A stretch of DNA of 64,000 nucleotides from an uncultured delta proteobacterium (GTDB taxonomy: Bacteria > Desulfobacterota > Binatia > UBA9968): assembly GCA_963771465.1 (NCBI GenBank), contig CAVYTU010000013.1, forward strand, positions 352,001 through 416,000, written 5' to 3'. The notes under the pieces were generated by a model. The model was not told the DNA's origin. It saw only the letters and a list, made by a program, of their open reading frames with translations, and did not search any database. Both the position numbers and the translations under genes were made by a program. Positions 58,301 to 64,000 of this stretch are shown one piece after another. The stretch's first letter is position 1, and each line of letters begins with the position of its first letter.

Positions 58301-61179
58301 CCCATGCGGCGATAGAAGCTGCTAAGCCTGAGATCAAAACCGGCCTTCGCCTGCGCTGCCGTCACCCACTCAAGGAGCTTTCTGCGTGTCACATAGACGC
58401 GTGACAGAGTCCGGACGATCGCGTCGGTCATCAACCATGCCTGGTCGGCAAGTAATGTGACCGTGAGTGCGACATGCGAGGCGGCAAGCACCAGATCGGT
58501 GGCGATCGCCCGGGCATGGCTGCGTTTTGAAATCCCGCGGCGATACGGGATCAGCCCAGTCAAGAGGACGGGCATAAGCGGCGGAACGGCGATGGTTGCG
58601 AGGACGAACATCGTCCAGATCACAGGCGAAGGGAGCGGCAGCGTCCAACCGGCCATCAAGGCCAAAAGGGCAGCCGGGGCAGACAGCGTGCGCCTGAGGT
58701 TATCGAGCATTTTCCAGCGGCCGATCAGCGGAATCGTGGCATCGGGCCGACCGCGCCCCATGTCCGGTGCGTGCCCTATGATCCACGGCAGCAACTGCCA
58801 ATCACCGCGCGCCCAGCGATGCTGGCGGACCACGGCAACCTCGTAGTGCGCGGGAAACTCCTCGAAGAACTCGATATCGGTGACCAGTCCCGCCCGCGCA
58901 AAGATGCCTTCAAAAAGATCATGACTTAATAAGGCATTCTCCGGCACCCTTTCGGCGAGCGCGGCTTCGAATGCATCGACATCATAAATGCCTTTGCCGA
59001 TGTAAGAACCTTCACCGAAAAGATCCTGATAGACGTCGGATACGGCAGAGGCGTACGGGTCGATGCCAGCCGGCCCCGAGGAGATCCTCTGGAAAAGAGA
59101 ACCCTCACGATCGGTTGGGAGGGTCGGTGTGACGCGCGGTTGAAGCAATGCGTAGCCCTCAACGACTCGGCCGATGCGAGGGTCAAACCGAGGCCGGTGA
59201 AGGGGATGCGCCATCGTGCCCACCAATCGGCAAGCGGCCCCCCGTGGCAACCGCGTGTCGGCATCCAGTGTGATGACGTAGCGGACACCAGGAGGCGCGA
59301 TAGGTGCTCCACCGCCCGTTGGTACGAAGGTCGTGTCTGTGGCGCCACGCAACACACGATTCAGTTCATGGAGCTTTCCGCGTTTGCGTTCCCAGCCGAT
59401 CCACTTTTGCTCGCTCTCGTTCCAGCCGCGCCGGCGGTGGCAGAGAAAAAATCGCTCGCCCCCATCCGGGGCGGGTCCATGGCTTCGGTTCAGCCGCGCG
59501 ATCCCCGCAACCGTCGCAGCCAGCAGTTCGTCGTCTCCCGGCATGGTTTCCTGGGGGGCGTCTATCCAGTCGGAAAGGAGCGCGAAACGAAGATCGCCAT
59601 CGGGATTCGCCAGGTAGTGCACTTCGAGCTGCTCGATTTGCTCCGCAATCTGGGCGTGACCGGTCAGGAGAGTCGGCACGACTACCAACGTCCGCAAATC
59701 CGCCGGCACTCCGTCACGGAGCGCAAGCCGGGGCATCGCCCGTGGCCCGAGGATTTCCATGACTTCGCGATTCACCATTGCGATCACCAGTTCCGAGGCC
59801 GGGATGAGAGCGAGAAGCCCGAGTAGCACCAGACCTAGTCCACCCAACTCCGCTGCGCCGGAAGTGTACAGGAACAAAGTGAGGAAGAGGCCAGTGACAA
59901 GCGCGATGGTTCCAAGGTAGCGTGACGCCGCGTGCGCCATAAAGAGGCGAATAAGCCGGCTCCTGAGGGGAACGCGAAAGCTGAGTTCGGGCTCCAAGAT
60001 GGCACGCCCTTTCGAGATGAGATAATAGCCGGGGTCGCCGCGGCGGTCCGCGCTTGGGTCAGTTCCTTCTTGCACTTTGTCGCGAAAGCTTTTCGCGTGA
60101 GAAACCGCCCGCCGGGCAACTTCTCGCTCATCGTAGGGTGAGCAGCGAGAGAGTTCTTCGATGGCGCGGCGGTAACGATCTCGTGTCGGAAAATCCGGAG
60201 CGGCGAAGTCCGTGTCGGTCCAAAGTATGGCGTCGACGAGACTCACGTTCTCAAAGAATTCCGACCAATCGAAGGCGGAAATCAGGCGCATGCTGGTAAT
60301 CACGTTGCGCACGGTCACGTTCATCGCCGCCTGCCGTTGATGCTCGACCCGGACAATCTCATCAGACGTTGTGCCCTGACCCTCTAGCTGTTGCTCGAGC
60401 CACTGGAGCGCCGGCGTGATCGCCGGGTCCTGATCGCGCAGGCGCTGAACAAGCTGTACGGCAAAAGCCGGCGCCAGCGGGCCGCCCTCAAATTGTCGCA
60501 GCATCCTCGCAGCAGACTTGATGGGACGGCCGCTGAGACCGAGCAGGCGGTCAGCTACGGCGTCGGCTTCTTGGCGCGCGGCACGTTCATGCACGATGTG
60601 CTGGGTCAGGCGCCGGAGATTCTCGACGAGCACCACACGCACGGTGATGGCTACCGCCCAGAGCTCGCCGATCGTCAGCGGCTGCACACGTTGGTATGAG
60701 CGCACGAACCGACGCAGCATTTCCGGGTCAAACCGGCTGTCGGTATGGGCGACAAATGCCCAGGCCAGTCCGTAGACACGCGGATACCGCTCGAGTGGAC
60801 CCTCGGCCAGCTTAGGCAGTTCCCGATAATAGCCGGGTGGCAAGTCGTCCTGAATCTCGCGCAGCTGTTCGTCGACGATGTGATAATTGTCGACTAGCCA
60901 TTCCGCTGCAGGTGTGATGGCATACTCCTGCCGAATCGCCTGGGCGATGGCACGATATGATTCTAGCAGCACTCGGCCGTTGTCGATGACGCGCGGCAAT
61001 AACGGCCGCCCTTTGCGCGGTGTCGTTGTGACGCGCTGAGCCGCGGCAAGGCTTTCGCCGTGCTGCTCGAGACGTTCGGCGCTGAAAAGTTCAGCCCGAA
61101 TCGGCTCTTCGAGCTGCGAAAGTGCGATGGCCTCTGAATGGTTTTTACGTAATAGGTTCTGAGAAAATAACGATTTCAA
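52312..61179 (-). CDS. ndvB: Cyclic beta-1,2-glucan synthase (Cgs/NdvB/ChvB; GT84 plus cyclisation and GH94 phosphorylase domains)
   Basis: 2955 aa; GT motifs 'LDADT', 'SHDLFEG', 'RQHRW.RGDWQ'; 'SWSGSMFEYLMP', 'PWGVSES'; GH94 'GDWNDGMN', 'ENGGQYTH', 'WYTGSA'. Confidence 0.93.
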   Translation of the reverse strand: MKSLFSQNLLRKNHSEAIALSQLEEPIRAELFSAERLEQHGESLAAAQRVTTTPRKGRPLLPRVIDNGRVLLESYRAIAQAIRQEYAITPAAEWLVDNYHIVDEQLREIQDDLPPGYYRELPKLAEGPLERYPRVYGLAWAFVAHTDSRFDPEMLRRFVRSYQRVQPLTIGELWAVAITVRVVLVENLRRLTQHIVHERAARQEADAVADRLLGLSGRPIKSAARMLRQFEGGPLAPAFAVQLVQRLRDQDPAITPALQWLEQQLEGQGTTSDEIVRVEHQRQAAMNVTVRNVITSMRLISAFDWSEFFENVSLVDAILWTDTDFAAPDFPTRDRYRRAIEELSRCSPYDEREVARRAVSHAKSFRDKVQEGTDPSADRRGDPGYYLISKGRAILEPELSFRVPLRSRLIRLFMAHAASRYLGTIALVTGLFLTLFLYTSGAAELGGLGLVLLGLLALIPASELVIAMVNREVMEILGPRAMPRLALRDGVPADLRTLVVVPTLLTGHAQIAEQIEQLEVHYLANPDGDLRFALLSDWIDAPQETMPGDDELLAATVAGIARLNRSHGPAPDGGERFFLCHRRRGWNESEQKWIGWERKRGKLHELNRVLRGATDTTFVPTGGGAPIAPPGVRYVITLDADTRLPRGAACRLVGTMAHPLHRPRFDPRIGRVVEGYALLQPRVTPTLPTDREGSLFQRISSGPAGIDPYASAVSDVYQDLFGEGSYIGKGIYDVDAFEAALAERVPENALLSHDLFEGIFARAGLVTDIEFFEEFPAHYEVAVVRQHRWARGDWQLLPWIIGHAPDMGRGRPDATIPLIGRWKMLDNLRRTLSAPAALLALMAGWTLPLPSPVIWTMFVLATIAVPPLMPVLLTGLIPYRRGISKRSHARAIATDLVLAASHVALTVTLLADQAWLMTDAIVRTLSRVYVTRRKLLEWVTAAQAKAGFDLRLSSFYRRMGGTVVIAAAVAILVASQPPEVRWIAVLFAILWALSPMVAYWISLPPRAAAAQPLSADDVRMLRLTARRTWRFFETFVGPEDHALPPDNFQETPTPVVAHRTSPTNIGLYLLSIIAARDFGWIGTVSALERLESTLGTMNSLDRFRGHFYNWYDTRDLRPLDPKYISSVDSGNLAGHLIAFGQACQEIIDRPLLGPHTLAGIADAILLLRQAVRAVVDDRRTQTVTRKQLDEAIDALSAALSPAAMTPADWLVRLTELEARAQTMSDIARTLTAERGDSAEGELLAWAEAVRAAIESHGRDLDAVMPWARLVFGKAPLNRKPEEDLVSTTMVRVFLSVPTLADAPDRCETARRELTTLRERAAKDSAAKSDALGEIDALIEGLTRSATACEALGRRLSTLVAHTKTMFDTMDFGFLFDPTRKLFSIGYRVADNSLDPSCYDLLASEARLTSFIAIAKGDVPASHWFHLGRALTPVDTGSALVSWSGSMFEYLMPVLVMRSPSGSLLGQTCSLIVRRQRKYGTERGVPWGVSESAYNARDIELTYQYSNFGVPGLGLKRGLSEDVVVAPYATALAAMIDAEAAVQNFIDLAQAGASGPYGFYEALDYTAERVPEDQRVAVVRAYMAHHQGMSLVALANVLHDGVMRTRFHAEPRMQATELLLQERTPRDVLVTRPRVDEVRAVANVRDLVPPVLRHFDSPHDATPCVHLLSNGRYSVMVTTAGSGYSHWRDLAVTRWREDRTRDSWGTYFFLRDRSTSQVWSAGYQPSGVEPDTYEVAFSEDRAEIRRRDGAIVTNLEIVVSPEHDAEVRRLSITNLGAPSREVELTSYAEIVLATPAADAAHPAFSNLFVQTEYVAELGALLATRRPRTHGEPQFWAVHVVVAEGVTVGELEYETDRSRFLGRGRGIRTPMSVIDGHPLSNTVGAVLDPITSLRRCVRLAPGATARVTFSTLIASSRDEALALADEYNNPATFERAATLAWTQAQVQLRHLGIDADEAYLFQELAGLILYSDATLRPSSAVLMGNKRGPSGLWRHGISGDLPVVLVRIDEAEDQSIVRQLLRAHEYWRIKQLAVDLVILNEQPSSYAQNLQDALESQVRASQSRLQEEPGSFGNVFILRGDLISAEDRALLQSAARAVLLSRRGTLAEQVERQQRSRTPALARQRRPPASKAVDVLPARPELEFFNGLGGFTADGREYVTILGEGQWTPAPWINVVANPSFGFQVSESGAGYTWSLNSRENQLTPWSNDPVSDPPGETIYVRDEETGELWNPTVLPIREEAWPYTARHGQGYSRFEHESHGLALDHLQFVPLADPIKISRLTIENRSDRSRRVSVTAYVEWVLGASRSASAPFVVTEVDEQTRAIFARNAWNSEFAGRVAFADMRGQQTSWTCDRTEFLGRHGAPDHPASLERGDRFSGKVGAALDPCAAMQTTVELNAGGRAEIVFFLGSAASAEEARTLIARYRDTDLDELLRAVTQYWDDILGTVQVKTPDRAMNFMLNRWLLYQTLACRVWSRSAFYQAGGAYGFRDQLQDVMALALAQRDIARAQLLRAAARQFVEGDVQHWWHPPSGRGVRTRVSDDRVWLPYAVVQYLEVTDDFGLLDEVVPFLEGSTLAAEQEDLYFEPRVSAQTGTLFEHCARALDRSLAVGSHGLPLIGTGDWNDGMNRVGSAGKGESVWLAWFLHTVLWEFARLADARGEHQRAETWRLHVSALKAAVEREAWDGEWYRRAYFDDGTPLGSAANAECRIDSIAQSWGVISGAAEPARAAQAMAAVEKYLVRRAEGLVLLFSPPFDRGSPDPGYIKGYLPGVRENGGQYTHAALWSVIAFAALGDGDKAGELFSLLNPINHASSRAGVYRYKVEPYVVAGDIYAEPPHVGRGGWTWYTGSAGWMYRAGIEWILGFRLRGTRLYLDPCIPHAWRSFEITFRYHSARYEIVVENPQGVMRGVSSVELDGVPLASGSMQIPLVDDGATHPIRVVLGSEGLLLMHQAAIPR

Positions 61180-61605
61180 TCCACATACCTCACGGTCGTC
61201 ATGGCGCGGGTCCGGCGCATACGCAGGTTATCAAGTTCAGCAGTCGTGAGGAACATGGGAGCCGGGAAATGTTGAACGGACGGAAGAGTCACGCGATCTA
61301 CGCGTCATTTTAAATCAATGCGCCGGACCGAGAGACATGATTCACCGAGAATATTTTCCGCACTGCGACTGGCGAGCAGGAGCAACCGCGGTCGATGAAA
61401 AAACCTCCAATGCCGTCAAATCTGCTCATTTGGAGTAGCGTAGGTTAAGGACACCGAGAATTTGCTTCATGAAGGTGAAGCCGCTCTGCGCTCGAACGAC
61501 ACTTATGCGGTGACGCCAAAAATTATTATCTAGACGCCGCGCAGCGAGCCAGCGCCAACCGAGATTGAGAAGTGTTCCCATCGGAATGGTCGTTAGAGAT
61601 TTCAG

Positions 61606-62724
61606 CTAATGGATGAATTCGAGAGCGATAGAAAACGCGATCAGCAGGACGATTACCCATTCCAACACTTCCATGCGCCGGTTCGATGCCTGGTCGGAAA
61701 TCTTTTCATAGATGCTTTCTAACGTCTGCAATTTTCGTAGGATGCTGCCGTCCCATTCGTCCAAATGGAAGCGCCGGTTGACCAGGCGATAGACACGGGC
61801 GAGGTATTGGTCGCCCAAAAGTTTCAGCGTGTTGTTAACGCCTTCAAAGAGTATCGCATTGTCGACCTGCAACTCGGCGACGCTGCGCAGGTCGGCGCCG
61901 TAGTAGCCCAATAGGCGCGGCAGGCTGAAAGTACGCTTCGAGAGCGTCTCGTAGGCTTGGTCCAGGGCGCGATCGAGTTTTTGATCGAGATAGCGCATTT
62001 CCAAAAGCTCGACATTGGCATACTCGAGAACCGCACGAACATCGTCACCTTCTCGATCGATGAGCACGGCCGCGTTCCAATCGACGATGGTTAGGTCTTC
62101 CAAACCGTAGGAAATATGTGCAGCGAACGCGTCAGCCACTTCTTGCTCCGACAGCAGGCGCTGCTCAGCGCGCATAACCCGCGCGATCTCCTGACCGTAC
62201 TCGGCGGGGAAACGGTTTAGGTCGACCGCTTCGTCAAACGATGAGATATGAAAGACGACATAGTCTTCAACAACCGGCGAGGAATGAGCTTGCGTTGCCG
62301 CGTCGCCGATGGCCTGGAGTAACTGGCCGACCCGCAGCCGCGAGTCGGCCAGCAATGGCTCATTATCGTAAAGTTCTTCGCTGAGCGTGAGTAATGCTGC
62401 AAATGGCCCGCTGATGTCGACCGTATAAGTCACTGCGACAGCGCCGAAATCGTAAAATAGAAGATCGACGCTAGGCCGCGTGAGAAAGATGCCAAGCTTG
62501 AGCGCTTCAGTATCTTGGGTGAGTCTCAATGGCGCCGGCTGATACTCAAAATAACTGGGAGCCGGCCGCTTGTGCCGCAACGTCGAACGCTCGGTTGCTT
62601 CATGGATGCGTGCTCCCGCCCTATCGAGGTCGATCGAGCGCGCCGCGTCGTAGGCGAACGTGACGTGACACAGACCGCTTTGGATCCTGAGTGGCAGGAG
62701 TTTTTCCAGCGGCGCTGAAGTCAC
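61606..62724 (-). CDS. Conserved hypothetical protein with a C-terminal TM helix (RMD1/DUF155- or CorA-tail-like)
   Basis: 'DWNAA', 'LE.ANVELLE.RYLD', 'GD.YLARVY', 'RMEVLEWVIVLLI'; start uncertain. Confidence 0.65.
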   Translation of the reverse strand: MTSAPLEKLLPLRIQSGLCHVTFAYDAARSIDLDRAGARIHEATERSTLRHKRPAPSYFEYQPAPLRLTQDTEALKLGIFLTRPSVDLLFYDFGAVAVTYTVDISGPFAALLTLSEELYDNEPLLADSRLRVGQLLQAIGDAATQAHSSPVVEDYVVFHISSFDEAVDLNRFPAEYGQEIARVMRAEQRLLSEQEVADAFAAHISYGLEDLTIVDWNAAVLIDREGDDVRAVLEYANVELLEMRYLDQKLDRALDQAYETLSKRTFSLPRLLGYYGADLRSVAELQVDNAILFEGVNNTLKLLGDQYLARVYRLVNRRFHLDEWDGSILRKLQTLESIYEKISDQASNRRMEVLEWVIVLLIAFSIALEFIH

Positions 62725-62806
62725 GGCAACGACTCTGTTAAGCGGCGAATGCTCATTCGCGGCGCGACGCTCACGTAATCGAGGCGCCGATGGATTTCCC
62801 TTAGCA

Positions 62807-63103
62807 CTAATGCATCTCGGGATTCTCTCCCTGCTGCTCGGTATGAGAACCCCTCTCGCCGGCCGCATCTGTCGTCCCGCAGTATTTGCCGATGATCTCG
62901 CGCCCTTTTCCCACTAAGCCTTCGGTACTCTCATGCAGCTTAGCGCCGGCCTGGTTCAAATACTCCATACCCTTGGCACTGCGCTCGCGAATATATTCGC
63001 GCGACTCCTTACGCGAGAGTAAAACAGATAGCGCACCGCCGATAGCGCCGATGGCCACCGCAATAACTAGGTAGGGCAATTTTGTCGAAGCGTTGTTACT
63101 CAT
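62807..63103 (-). CDS. YtxH-like protein
   Basis: GGAGG RBS; 'IGAIGGALSVLL' TM followed by an amphipathic helix. Confidence 0.65.
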   Translation of the reverse strand: MSNNASTKLPYLVIAVAIGAIGGALSVLLSRKESREYIRERSAKGMEYLNQAGAKLHESTEGLVGKGREIIGKYCGTTDAAGERGSHTEQQGENPEMH

Positions 63104-63165
63104 AGCTACCTCCTGAATGGTTTTGACTATCACATTTCGTTTCATTCACTGTTTTATTGAAAGTC

Positions 63166-63181
63166 CGCAAAAGTTATGCCA
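63166..63181 (-). promoter_or_regulatory. sigma54 -24/-12 promoter
   Basis: TGGCAT-AACTT-TTGCG upstream of the ytxH-like gene. Confidence 0.65.
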
Positions 63182-63349
63182 AAAATTCCATAAATTTGCG
63201 CTCTCGTGGAACTCCGCTGGTGCATTGTCAACCAGCCGGTTCGCAATTCTGAGACGATTCGCCGCTATGTTTTCGCAGCGACGCGATTGATTTTTGTCTT
63301 GGGATTTCAATCAGACTCAGATCAAGCGGAAAATGTAGGAACTTTTTCA

Positions 63350-63365
63350 TGGTTCGCTGTTTGCT
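63350..63365 (+). promoter_or_regulatory. Possible sigma54 promoter
   Basis: TGGTTC-GCTGT-TTGCT upstream of the ferritin-like gene. Confidence 0.5.
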
Positions 63366-63407
63366 AATATTTTTTTCGTCACCGCGTGCAAAGAAAGGCG
63401 AAAATTT

Positions 63408-63896
63408 ATGGATTCTCAAAAAAGTTGGTCAGATTGGTGGCGCCAGTTCCTTGGACTGTCGCACAATAGCCACCAAGAAGTTGTGAAAATCCTCCAAGAC
63501 CGCTACGCCGACGAGATCCGCCACGCACGACGCTATGCCCAACATGCGGGAAAGATGCAGTATCCGCAGTTCCGAGAAAGATTATTGGCAATTGCGGCGG
63601 ACGAAGCGCGCCATGCGGAATGGCTCGCCAATAAGATCACGCTTTTCGGCGGCAAGCTGCCGCATGTGCTCGAGGTCCACGCGACGGATAAGAATAGCTG
63701 GCAATATTTGCTCGACGATGTCGATGAAGAACTTCCCGGATTGGATGAAATGTTCGAGACGATGCAAAGCCTACGAGACGAGTCGCCGGACGTCGCTAGG
63801 ATGTTGGAGCGCATCTACGAAGACGGCGTAAAACACCGGGCGGAAATTCGGGAAATGCTGATGCGCAGCGATCCGCAGGCGCGAATGACTGAGTGA
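63408..63896 (+). CDS. Ferritin-like (bacterioferritin/rubrerythrin-fold) protein
   Basis: 'YADE...Y..H', 'DEARHA..L..KI..FGG', 'ED..KH'. Confidence 0.8.
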   Translation: MDSQKSWSDWWRQFLGLSHNSHQEVVKILQDRYADEIRHARRYAQHAGKMQYPQFRERLLAIAADEARHAEWLANKITLFGGKLPHVLEVHATDKNSWQYLLDDVDEELPGLDEMFETMQSLRDESPDVARMLERIYEDGVKHRAEIREMLMRSDPQARMTE

Positions 63897-64000
63897 GAAA
63901 ATGGGACAACCGACACCACGCCGCGAGAGAATTAGCCGCAATTCTCGCAAAAACGAATTAGATTTACCGCGGTAGTCCGCTCAGTTGCTCTGATTTGCAA

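Noticed and set aside
52542-60775. Numerous ORFs inside the glucan synthase gene
   Set aside because: Shadow frames with no recognisable motifs.
1-64000. CRISPR array, rRNA, transposase or integrase genes
   Set aside because: No repeat-spacer periodicity, rRNA signature, or DDE/tyrosine-recombinase motifs were recognised.

Overview
A gene-dense, GC-rich bacterial window. The many solute-binding proteins and Rieske oxygenases suggest a Candidatus Binatia-like metagenomic genome (inference only). From left to right it holds: transporter SBPs and a PQQ sugar dehydrogenase; an aromatic-catabolism block (LigB-like, RraA/HMG aldolase, two Rieske oxygenases, class II aldolase, ABC system); a split chromate transporter; an ~11 kb minus-strand cluster under an ECF42-type sigma factor, with three exact TGTCGA-N17-CGACTA promoters; amidohydrolases; a coiled-coil/SH3 protein; a Pho-boxed pstSCAB-like operon ending in a phosphonoacetate-hydrolase-like gene; gluQ; tRNA-Sec (selC); sigma54-type stress genes; and a 2955-aa cyclic beta-1,2-glucan synthase. 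The strongest novelty candidate is a 3.7 kb integrase-less islet at the selC 3' end, bounded by a 25/27 direct repeat. It carries only a three-gene operon: tyrosinase, a HEAT-repeat protein and a HEAT-SCO copper-chaperone fusion. Second is the Pst-type transporter with an altered phosphate-binding motif coupled to a PhnA-like hydrolase. Four single-base insertions in homopolymers look like assembly errors. All calls come from motif reading; no database searches were run.
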